From Octopus vulgaris (lineage: Eukaryota): a DNA stretch of 64,000 nucleotides. Every line of letters begins with the position of its first letter. Position 1 is the stretch's first letter. The notes under the pieces are model-generated. The model was not told the origin of the DNA. It was given only the letters and a program-made list of their open reading frames with translations, and did not search any database. The stretch covers positions 91,326,001 through 91,390,000 of the forward strand of contig OX597822.1 of assembly GCA_951406725.2 (NCBI GenBank), in the 5' to 3' direction. The translations under genes were made by a program, and so were the position numbers. Below are positions 52,645 through 64,000 of this stretch, in pieces.

Positions 52645-52882
52645 TATTATTTGTTTCTTTACTACCCACAAGGGGCTAAACACAGAAGGGAAAAACAAGG
52701 ACAGACAAACAGATTAAGTTGATTACATCGACTCCAGTGCGTAACTGGTACTTAATTTATCGACCCCGAAAGGATGAAAGGCAAAGTCGACCTCGGCAGA
52801 ATTTGAACTCAGAACGTAACAGCAGACGAAATACGGCTACGCATTTTGCCTGGGGTGCTAACGATTCTGCCAGCTCGCCACC
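52645..52882 (-). mobile_element. tRNA-derived SINE family B, well preserved
   Basis: Minus strand: ggtggcgagctggcagaatcgttagca..gttctgagttcaaattctgccgaggtcgactttgcctttcatcctttcggggtcgataaattaagtacc..tttagccccttgtgggtagtaaagaaac. Confidence 0.92.
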
Positions 52883-54859
52883 TGTCTGCCAGCTCACTAC
52901 CTCGCTCCTTTCTACCTTTTCCATACTACTTCTATTGATATCCATCCCTCATTCTTATCACCTACCCATCAACAACCTCTCCCTTCCAACCTTATTCTCC
53001 ATTCACCACATTCACCCTTACCCAATCTATAACCATCTCTATCCCCTTGCACACACACACATACACATACATGCAACCTTCATCCAGCTATTCTTGATCT
53101 TCTGTCCCTACATTCCCTTCTATTCACATTCATGTACCTTAAAAGGTACGCTATGACACCTCATCACCATCATCTTGCTTTCCAGCTACCCCTGTATAAT
53201 GTAGGGTAGGCTCTACAGCAAGAAACCTGCTACTGTCCATTCTCCCATATTTTAGCCTCTCAATACAGAGCATAAAATCACTTCCCTCTCTACTATATCT
53301 CACTCAACCAAGAAGTTCCATAACAACTTCACAAGTTCTGATGCCATGAAAGTATCTGTGTAAAATGGCTGGTATTAAAAAGAGCATCCAACTGTAGAAA
53401 CCATGCCAGAATGGACATTGTAGCATGAAGCAGTCCTCTCATTGAATACATGCCATCCAGCATATGCCTGCTCGGAAGATAGACATTAAATGATGACACA
53501 CTGATCACCTCCCTGAGTCACCAAATTATCTCTCGTTCTCTACCATCTTACAATCCCTATTCACTATACCCATCTCTTCACACATCATTTCTTCTCACAT
53601 TCTTCCTCTATTTACTGTATCATTATTATGATTCTGCTGCTTTTCAACTCATCCTTTCTTTCTATACTATCAACCGGCTACTCTCCTCTACCTCCCCCAA
53701 CTTAAGTATCACTAGTTAACCTCTAGCCAGCATTCCTAACATCCACTCCTCAACCTTAATCAATGTCACATACTTTTTCCAACTGTCTCCATCTATCATC
53801 CCTCAGCACTTATTCTTTATTATATTTACTCTCACTCATTCCCCATTTCCAACCGCGTCCCCACCCCACTGATACTTTGCAACCTCTACCCACCCACACT
53901 CCTGTCTCTACTTCTTATCACCTGTCTTTAGTGTCTACCCAAGCACCTCATCACCACAATTTTTATCTCTTTCCAGCTCCACCCTGGCCATTCCAAAATT
54001 TCCTGCTATAATGTGAGTAGCCCTGTAGCTCCTCTACAGCAAGAAACCTGTTCATCTCTGTCCCCTTTCTCTCACACTTTAACCTTCATCTCCTAATATA
54101 AAGCTGCCTCTCTCTCTACTGTAGCCCTATTCAGTCAAAATCTTGCAAAATTACTTAAATCATGCAAGCTGAATGGCAACCTCACTAGTGCTGGCACCTA
54201 GTAAATGAGAATATGATGCAGGCCTCTGACCTGTTGGATCATATCAAACTGCCCAACCTATGCCAGCATAGAAAATGGATGTTAAATGATTGAATGATAA
54301 TGAATTGATACATTCAATTATATCAACAATGTTTGATGAAATCTGAAAGGAAGAAATTCAAAGTATCTCGACAAAATTTCAATTCAGAAATGCAAGGCAG
54401 ATAAACAAGATGCAATAAAGAAACTATTTTGTTCCTGTGTTGTTCATAACCTATTGCACACCAAGACTTTTGCAAGATATCTAAAGTGCAAACTGCATAG
54501 GGCTGCTGAACATAAGATAAGGGGTCACTATTTGTCAAGAATACAGCAGTAACTGTTAGCTGAAGTTTTAAAATAACTAACTGTTCAGTACTTTTGATTC
54601 TGTTAAATGTTCATAATATCTATAGCCGTGATTAAATTGAAACTTAGAAGGAACTTAATAAGATTACTAAAGTAGAATATTAACATGTAACACACACAAC
54701 AAATGATAGTCGTATGTAGATGCTCTCTGTAATCATCTGAGTCCTAAGAACATACAAAGAATTTGTTTTCAAGCAAAGCTGGACGGCATATCTGAGCCCA
54801 TCCCCTTCCAAACAAGAAATCTGAATTTAACAATGTTAATGAATATTTGTCATATTTGT

Positions 54860-55120
54860 CAGCCTTGACTGGCTTCTGTGCCAGTGGCATGTTAAAAGCA
54901 CCAACCGATCGTGGCCGCTGCCAGACTCCCCTGGCACCTGTGCAGGTGGCACGTTAAAAGCACCCACTACACTCGCGGAGTGGCTGGCGTTAGGAAGGGC
55001 ATCCAGCTGTAGAAACACTGCCAGATCAGACTGGAGCCTGGTGCAGCCCCTGGCTTCCCAGACCCCAGTCGAACCGTCCAACCCGTGCTAGCATGGAAAA
55101 CAGACGTTAAACGATTATGA
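54860..55120 (+). mobile_element. RTE 3' tail copy, well preserved
   Basis: Near-identical to 12590-12850. Confidence 0.9.
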
Positions 55121-55792
55121 TAGTTTTGATTTGTACCTATTGATAGTATTTACTTGTAACTAGGCAGACTGGGTGGTTTGTGATGTGTCCTAGTCTAGGA
55201 CACAGTCCAATGATAGCAATTAAATCCAAATTATAGCTTCTTAGGCTGGCAGTCTGACAACCTATCAACTCAACCATTTCTCTAGAATTTGATTCTTGCT
55301 AAACTTTTACTTAAAAGAAGTCAAACATTAAATAGGTGCAGACAAAGTTATGGGGTTAGAAAGTTCACCTCACAACCATGCAGTTTGGGAATTTGTTCCA
55401 CTTGGGCGAGTGCCTTTTATTATAGACCTGGATAAATCAATGCCTCATAAGTGAGTTTCATGTGTGTGTATTAGAGTGTGCATGTGTGTGTATTAGAGTG
55501 TGCATGTCTGAGGTGAATCTGATATTTCAGTTTTGTTTGTCATTCTTTGAGCAAAGTGGTGATATGATGTTTACAATCCCCATTGACATTATGATTGATT
55601 GCTCTGTGCTTTCAAAGACATTTGGAACAAAAAAATTCTTTACTTGAAAAACAAGGAACGGTTGGTGATGAAGAGCATCCAGTTGTCCAATCCTGTCTCA
55701 AGTAAATCCCTATACAAACCCATGGCAAAATGAACAAATGAGATTAAAGAGATTGGTTTTGTCAGAGGTGTCACCGACATCATCGTCTAATC

Positions 55793-55910
55793 ATTATCAT
55801 CATCACTTAATGTCCATTTTTCATGCTGGCATGGGTTGGACAGTTCGATAGGATCTAAACAAGCTGCAGGGCTGCATCGAGCTCCAGGGTCAGCTTTGGC
55901 ATGGTTTCAA
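55793..55910 (-). mobile_element. RTE 3' tail fragment
   Basis: catcatcacttaatgtccattttt-catgctggcatgggttggacag. Confidence 0.75.
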
Positions 55911-56987
55911 ATGCCAACAACAAATAAAGAATGTTTCACAAATGTACATGTCATCTTTGTGCAGGGGCCAGGATAATCTGTGTATTAATCCAATTTTAAT
56001 ATATGTGGATTGCAATGTGAAGAAATTTACTTTAATATATTTTGTATAGTAAGACATTATACTCCAAGAAAACTGGTGATGTTCTGCATCATTAAAAAAT
56101 ATACAAATATTTCAAACAATAGAACAAGAATTATATAATTTCTAACAATGTGTTTTTGTTTTTTATATGTTTTACTGAAATATCTAACAAAATTAATTAT
56201 AGAATACTGAATCAAGTATTGGTATGATTGATTAAATGTATATTGAAATATTATATCTGGACCCCCAAAGAGTTACCAGAATGAAATTGTAAAACAATGA
56301 GACAAGGCAAAGAAAAACTTTTCTGTATGAATCCCATGGAAAAATGGATGCTAACTTGAAAATAATTAAGTTGATAATTATAAATCCATTTGAACTCTGT
56401 ATTTCTTGCTTAAGATACCTTAATTCAATCAAAGATAAGTATATAATTTCTTGATATTTCTCAAAAGAAATCTTTAAAAAAATTTTTTAAATAAATAATA
56501 TTGGTAATCATTACATTTTAAAATCACATTGACAGACAATTAGATAATTGTACATGTAATTTTAATCATGAATTAATAAACTTCTTAAAATGTTGCAAAA
56601 CCTTAAAAATCATTTTTTTTCAAATCCAAACTAATACTGAATGAAGAAGATTCTAAGACAACTTCTCTAATATTAATGCTGGTATTGTTGTCACAATAAC
56701 TTACCCTACTCATTCCATTAGAGTAGTTGGTAACAGGAAGAAAACATTTTCTAACAGCTATGAAAACTTCACTTTCATAAGAAAGTAATTCCTTTAAAAT
56801 GTTACATATGCAATGTATTGTTATTTGCTTTATGTACCTATGTTTACTCCCTTGAAGATGTAGCTTTAATTGATTTGATGCCTTACTTTTCAAAGATTAA
56901 TGAATAAGGCCATTCCTTAACTGAATAGCACTTTTGGAATTATGACAATGAGACACTGATATACATATTACTTAAGATAATTTACAT

Positions 56988-57310
56988 CAGGGGTTCTCAA
57001 CCATTTTTATCTATGGACCCCTCTGATCACTATTTTATTCTGGTGGACCCTCATAGCCATTTGATTTTTAAAAACTAGTTTTATAGAAACTTCTTCCAAA
57101 ATTCCTATTTCGTTTTCAGTACACTGACATGTGTAGGTTGAACTATGTAAAACCTTAGAGAAAGAAACCTGACTGTTTCTTGCAATACATTCTAAGCAAA
57201 ATATTTTCAGGGGCTCCTTAAAATACAATCGTGGATCCTCCAATTTACATTTGTTGTGTGGACGACCCTCGGACTCACAGGGGGCTATATGGACCCCGGT
57301 TGAGAACCAT
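56988..57310. mobile_element. hAT (Charlie-like) MITE
   Basis: CAGGGGTTCTCAACC / GGTTGAGAACC with the right end eroded, repeated atggacccc subterminal motifs, and an 8-bp TSD ATTTACAT (56980-56987, 57311-57318). Confidence 0.85.
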
Positions 57311-57600
57311 ATTTACATAATGATTGATATGACATAATTAAATCAATCTTCGAAATTTCAAAAAATAATGTATACTAAATTTGATTGAAATATGTCTATA
57401 AGAATATTAACAACTACTTAATGACTTTAAAATGTTATAATCTTTTTTAATTTGATCAAATGATTTAACAAAAAGTAATACACATATTTAATCATACAGA
57501 CACAAATTAAACAAATATTACCATATCTGAATCAATTTGAGAAGGGAAAGCAGTCTCCAAAGGTTGAATGATTTTTTTTTAAATAGAAAGAAAAAAACTA

Positions 57601-58049
<449 letters not shown>

Positions 58050-58669
58050 CTAAGAGGAATAAACAAAAAAAATATTGCTAAAAGTAACTCTTAACAAAGA
58101 TTTTAAAATAGAACAGAAATAAAATGAATAATTAATTTAAAATTTTGTACCAATTTATTTTAATTCTGAAATACTTATTGAAATGTTTCAAAGGTTTTAT
58201 TAAAAGAATGAAGAAAATGTTAAATACTTTTGTTAAACATCTTCAGTAAGTAACTAAAGTCATTACTAAAATCAAAAATTCAACTATGATAGATACATTT
58301 ATTACAATCGCAGATTAGAGTCGTGACTGGTCAACATTTTGAAAAATGTCAATTATGAAACAACTTTTAACAGCTTTAATTGAAATGCTTCTAAATATAC
58401 AGGAAGAGAATCATTCTTTTTTTATTTATTTTTAGGGCCTCTATAATCTATTGGTTCAAACATAAAATCAAAATTATGTCGAAAAGAAATATTTTTCCAC
58501 CCCTTCGAGACACATAAAAAGTAGGAGTTTAGAATTGCGGATATATTTCGGGACAGAGGTGGGGGGGTCGAAGTTTAATCTTCATGTCTTTCCCTAGAGT
58601 TTCAGAAATATGTATATGAAATTATTTCAGCGGAAGTTGAAACCCGATCTTGAATTCAGATCGTCATGG

Positions 58670-58680
58670 ACTTACCTTAG
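58670..58680 (-). promoter_or_regulatory. Candidate splice donor of an upstream non-coding par-3 exon (exon ends at 58676)
   Basis: CTAAG|GTAAGT is a consensus donor ~625 bp upstream of the acceptor, in repeat-free, CpG-retaining sequence. Confidence 0.5.
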
Positions 58681-61189
58681 ACACATAAGAATCACTAAAG
58701 TAGAACACTATATTTTAATGACAGTATTTCGTTATGCAACCCATAATAACTATATTTTAAGCGATAAGTAAAAATGTCATAACAATCCGTGTTAAGTAAA
58801 AAATCTGGGCTGGCATAGATTATCCACTCCCTCCCAGGCTAATCATTCAAAAGAGGGATTATTTCTGATAATAATAATAATAATAATACTGAGTCAATTT
58901 GTATATGTTTAGATTTCTTTTGCAAGAATGTCATTATAATATATATCAGTGGGAAAAATAGTAAAAATAAAGAAACGGGAATACAATTTGTACTGTAAAA
59001 AAGTACGACAGAATTATGGAAGTTATTATAGCGAATTTGCATCGATAGTCAGAAAACTGAAGTGAAATAAGGAAGAAAAGTAAATAACATTTATGAATTT
59101 CAGAATATCTATATACATGTGTGTCTGTGTTACGTAGGCGAAAAGAGATAGCTATTAAGGGGAGAGCTAAAATCTGTTTTTGCTTCTTTTTTATAAAATA
59201 CGGGTAGAGAAAGAGGGCGGGTATGAAAGACAGCAGCTTAGGCTATGCCTACAACACAATCATAACAAAGTTTACCCACTTTTCTCCTCTTCAGACTGTT
59301 ATCTCTGTGCTATAGCTAGATACATTTAGTGGACTTGTAATATTCTTCAGAGAAAAAGAGGAGTATTGAAGGGGGAAGGGGTCTATTTTGGTCGTTTTTA
59401 ACTTGTTTGATGTCGGTTACGATGGGAGTCTCTCGTTTCTAAATTTGTTTTGCAATAACTAAGAGAGTACTCACAAGAGTGGAATGAAACAGAGTAGAGT
59501 CGCTTATTGTGGAGAAATAAATTCATGAAGAGTTAGGGCAGCTCAACTTTCCAAGACATTGACTAAACAACAATAACAAGGGGGATATTTTAACTGTTTG
59601 TTTTGTTTCATTTTGTCCAGTTTAAGATACAACCTTCATATTGTAAACTAAGCTTGAAAAATGACAATCGTATAGAATTTTGTAATTTACCGAGATTTTC
59701 TATCTTTCCTCAAAAAAATGTTATGGATATATATATGTGTGTGTGTGTGTGTGTATGAATGTATGTTTCGTGAGTTGAGAAACAAAAAAGTTTGTCAATT
59801 ACCCTGTTTAAAAACACATACAGTTCGGCCTTACATTAAACTTTGCCTCCGTGCTTATTAATCATAAAGTAAGAATAATATAAACCGATGAATGTAAGCC
59901 ATTCAAATATTTCTTCTTTGATTTAGTGGTCGCTGTGAATTGAAACATCACGCAGCCGAGTATGGAGACTGGGTGACAGTAACAATGATCATAAAGTTTA
60001 ACCGTGTTAACCCACAAGCTGGCCTCGTTTGCGTAGAGAAATGAAGAAAGCAGTGGAGTAGCAGCAGGGAGGAGGAATGACCGAGTAAGCGACGAAGAAA
60101 GGGGAGCAGATAATTAAAATAAATATATGAAGGATAGGAGCTACTATTATGTGTTAAGTATATGTCGATGGGACAGGTGTATCTAAGAAACATAGAAAAC
60201 AGAATGTGTGAGGGTGTTGTTCTGCACTGGTAAAGTAAATAAGAGAAAACGAAATGGTCTAATCCTGACACTACTACTCAAGTCACTGTTAAAACATTAC
60301 AGACAATCCGAATGACACAGATCGAGTTGTGTAATTTACACTTCAACATCTATAATAACTACTAGTAATACCTGCTATACAACTTGTAATACTACCAATA
60401 TTAACAACTAGTTTCATGGCGAGCCAACGTTAGACATTCTACTTGATTGTTCATCTTACTAGAAGTCGGAGTCAAATCTTGCTCAGATCGCAAGTTACTT
60501 TAAAAAAAGGACACGTTGAAAATTGGAAATAGAATGGATGACCACGATTGGAATGCCTGTTTGACTGAGACAGCCGTCGGGCTAAGCAGTGACAATAACA
60601 ACCGAAATACTATCATCACGACAACATAGTTTTTATAGCTCGTTTATTTATGTATTTCCTCCCTTTAGTCTTGAAAACTTTTAACATCGAAATCATTTAC
60701 TCTTTTGTTAATGAAATTTCTACTTGCTTCTCGGGTTTCACTAAATAGTTTTATTATTTTTATATTTTACAGATTCGAAAACATTAAGCCGTTGTCAACA
60801 AAGTATAGTTGATATTCATTGAGAACAAAAGCTGCTGGTCTGTACAGCGGATAAAAGCCTGTTGAAAGACACAGTCGTGTCAAAATACTAAATAAAAAGT
60901 TAATTCCAAATAAAATGATGTTTCAGTGTGTACGTATGTTTCAATTTTATACAGAGAAATATGCTTCAAATATTTGAAAGCAAATTTTCTGTTTGGTACT
61001 CCATAAATAGATGCTTTTAATATATTAATTCTTACAATTAAACACAGGACTGTGATTTATGATCGTAGGTTTGTATGTATATGTATTTTTTCTCTTTATA
61101 GTTGAATTTTGACTGCCCCCACCTGCTCTCAAATTAGTTTGTGAAGGAAAGTATCTAGTTGTGTTCATTGTCTTTAAATCTTAAGGTCT

Positions 61190-61708
61190 TGTAGCAGGGC
61201 CATAAGGGCTAAATGAAACAGGGCAGAGTTATGCTCCCTCATTCTATCTCTGGTAACACTGCGAATCTTCCTCATTTTTCCCCAGTCACGCCCGTGGGCA
61301 GTTTGACTTGTCAACTGGCATAGCCAGCGACGACTGCTAGCTTGCTTCGCCTTTGACAATTTATGCTACTGCATTATGTAGCAGGCACATTTCTTACTCT
61401 CTTCTGTTTCAGTATCAATCACATAAGATGTAACCACATTTGTACAACTTTTTATTTATTCACGTCCACCTTTGTATGAACACTGTTATAAAAACTTGTT
61501 GTTTAACTTTGATTTGACGTTGTTTGTTACACCAGTACACGCACCTTGACACAAACAAGAACAGAGAATTCATGTTTACTCTTCATTAAAATGTTGTGTC
61601 CCCCCCCCCCCCAGCATAAGAATATGCATATGGAATATTCTCTCACCTAAAAATAACTGTGTAGAGTCGACATGTGTCTGATTCTTCTTCCACGCTGGTT
61701 CTACTGCA
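61190..61708 (+). repeat. Putative 5' LTR of the Gypsy element
   Basis: Begins TGTAGCAG and ends CTACTGCA (imperfect TG..CA inverted ends). Followed by a degenerate PBS-like tagtgctgacc and gag. The 3' LTR is outside the window. Confidence 0.4.
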
Positions 61709-64000
61709 TCTTAGTGCTGACCATCATCCAACATTTTCTTCCCCAGATGCAACATGCAGCATTCTTCTTTTCCCGTTCTTAGCAGTGATGTCCATCTCTG
61801 CTTTGCTCAGGTGGAAGCTTACTTCGCGGTAAGCAATGTTCGGTCAAGCCTGCAGCAACTAAACATTCAGCTCAGCGCCATTTCTGTTGCCTTAACCACT
61901 CAACGCAAGGATGTAATAACTGACACACCACATGACGCAATTTATGCATCCATAAAGTGCGAAGTCCTTTACAGGGCATCTCTATTGGCTAAGCACTGTT
62001 TCCAGACCCTGGTACACGATGAACATTTGAATGACAGAAAGCCCACGGAATTGCTTTATCGTATTTGCAACCTCACACACGAGTCCCCTGAAGACAGCTT
62101 GCTTCTAAAACAGCTATTCTTCTTGCACCTACCCTCACATGTTCAGGCAATTTTGGAGCCCATGATTGAAGGAAGTTCAGTTGAACAAATCGCAAATTCA
62201 GCTGATAAAATCATGGAATTTTCCAGAAATCTGTCTGTAGCAGACAGTTGTTACTGCAACTGCTTCATCAATGGCTACAGCTCCAGTCGACAGCAGCTCT
62301 ACCCAGTCCGCAACTTTAGAAGTCATTTTAAACCCGACGAAGCTTCCAGCATCGCAGTCATTCAACCAGTCGTGGCTGGCGTTCTTTGTCACTCGCTTCA
62401 CCAAATGGTTCTTGTAGGTACCATGACTATTTTGGCGTGAAGGCACAGAAATGCCTTCCACCATGTTCTTGTGAATGCCAGGAAAACTAACCAAGGAGAC
62501 CCTGAGCACATCAGCAACTCCTGCTACCTCTAATCATGCATTTTTGTGCTAGACCGCAACTTACACAAGAATTTTATGGTCGACACAAGCGCTTCATGTA
62601 TCATCTGGCCGGTAAAGTTCGTGATGAGTAAGCCTGTTCTCTCTCGGATTTCTCTGCTAGCTGTCAACCATTCTCCTATCAACACATTTGGGCAGATATC
62701 TCTCTCCTTGGATTTGGCACACTGGAGGGACTTTAAATGGATTTTTGTAATTGCAGACCTATCCTATCTTATTCTCAGGGCAGATTTCCTCCACCACTTC
62801 TCCCTGTTGGTGGATATTCACCACAGCATTTGTTGGATAGCTCAATGCAGTTATCAGCTCCTGGTTGTCCAGCAGCCACCCTTGTAAGTCCGGTATATTT
62901 TAGTGCAGTATCCGGTGATACATACTATTCTCTTCTCAACTTTTTCCTGGAGCTTACTGATTTAACCTTCAACATCACTGATCTTGTACATTCAACAAGG
63001 CACCAGTGTTTGCTCATCCTTGCCATCTTCCTCCTGATAAACTCAAGGCTGCAAAAGTGGAATTCGATCACATGTTCCAGCTGGGGCTTATTCATCCTTC
63101 TACTAGCCCCTGGTCTTCCCCTCTCTTTTTAGTTACCAAAGGAAATACTAATTTCTAACCAGTTGGTGATTATCGAAGATAAAATACTATTACAACCCCG
63201 GACAGATACCCTATTCCACACCTGCAGGACTTCTACCTTGCACAGTAGCACTTTTTTCTAAGGTTGATCTTATCCGGGCATATCACTAGATTCCTTTAAA
63301 TCCAGACAATATAACCAAAGACTGCCATTACTACTCCTTTTGATACATTTGAATTCCTTTCAATGCATTTTGATTTGCAGAACACAGCAAGCACCTTTCT
63401 TTATAGACGAGGTCATTCACAGTCTCAACTTCATCTCCGTTGATGACTTACAAATTCTATGAAAGAAGAGCATGTTTACCACTCAACGCTCCTTTTTCAA
63501 CATTTAAATGATTATTGAGTTAAAATCAACCTGGTGAAGTGTGTTTAGTTCTGCATCGCTGGAACTTTTAGGCTACATCATTGATCATGATGGAATTCGT
63601 CTTCTCCCAGGCAATTTGGAAGCTTCCTCCTCCATTTTCTTTTAAACAGCTTCATTGTTTCTTCAGTTTGCTCAATTTTTATCATCGATTCATCCCAAAT
63701 TGTGCAGAAAAATGGAGTTCACTTGCAGCATTATTGAAGGATTGTAAGAAAAAGTACGAAGTTATTCCCTTTCACCATCACTTGCTGCTGATTTTCAGAC
63801 TGTCAAACAGGTCCTGGCCAAAGTTTCAATGTTAGTACCCCGCAAAATCTGATGCAAAGTTCTCGCTTGTGGTAGATGCATTGGATGTGGCTCTGAGTGC
63901 AGTATTACAGCAAGCTGACCAAGAAATTCTGCAACCACTGGGATTTCATTCCTGCTAGCTCAAGCCCACAGAGATGCGCTATAGTGTTTAGAAGAGAATT
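61190..64000 (+). mobile_element. Decayed Ty3/Gypsy LTR retrotransposon (CsRN1-like): gag, protease, RT, RNase H; runs off the window
   Basis: Gag CFAQVEAYF and LNDRKPTELL with CHCC knuckle CRYHDYFGVKAQKCLPPC (~62414-62467). Protease FMVDTSAS and ILRADFL. RT SPWSSPL, GDYR, DRYPIP, FSKVDL, KTAITTPF, VDDL. RNase H LVVDALDVALSAVLQQ and PTEMRYS. Many stops and frameshifts. Confidence 0.93.

Larger units (their letters stand above)
51450..53497 (+). mobile_element. RTE LINE fragment with pyrimidine-rich 3'UTR and tail; contains a nested MITE and SINE
   Basis: VHHGSVL, KVNLAKTKSL and a PHD-like remnant split by the MITE. Tail gcatccaactgtagaaaccatgccaga..gacattaaatgatga at ~53380-53497. Confidence 0.65.

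Overview
AT-rich, repeat-dense eukaryotic (animal) genomic DNA. The (TA)n/(CA)n load and the SINE and RTE families suggest a cephalopod such as Octopus; this is inferred from repeat recognition, not a database search. The only host coding sequence I can support is the first coding exon of par-3/bazooka (PARD3) on the minus strand at 57616-57735, preceded by a 5'UTR with a start-overlapping uORF and a probable upstream non-coding exon. No further par-3 exon was seen, so everything to its left is probably one very large intron. The rest is a mosaic of decayed mobile elements: two tRNA-derived SINE families, RTE and CR1 LINE pieces, an R4/Dong-like RLE retroelement, two Penelope-like (RT + GIY-YIG) remnants, a mariner, hAT/piggyBac/other MITEs, Helitrons and a CsRN1-type Gypsy. 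Most ORFs in the track are microsatellite or repeat artefacts. The most interesting signal is several unrelated small non-coding elements carrying minimal hammerhead ribozyme motifs, most of them with Penelope-style inverted ends. One has a fully canonical core in a circularly permuted inverted arrangement (1485-2072). Another fuses a tRNA/Pol III head to a hammerhead and a PLE-like inverted end with a 34-nt tail (29679-29999). All calls were made by eye, and boundaries of decayed repeats are approximate.
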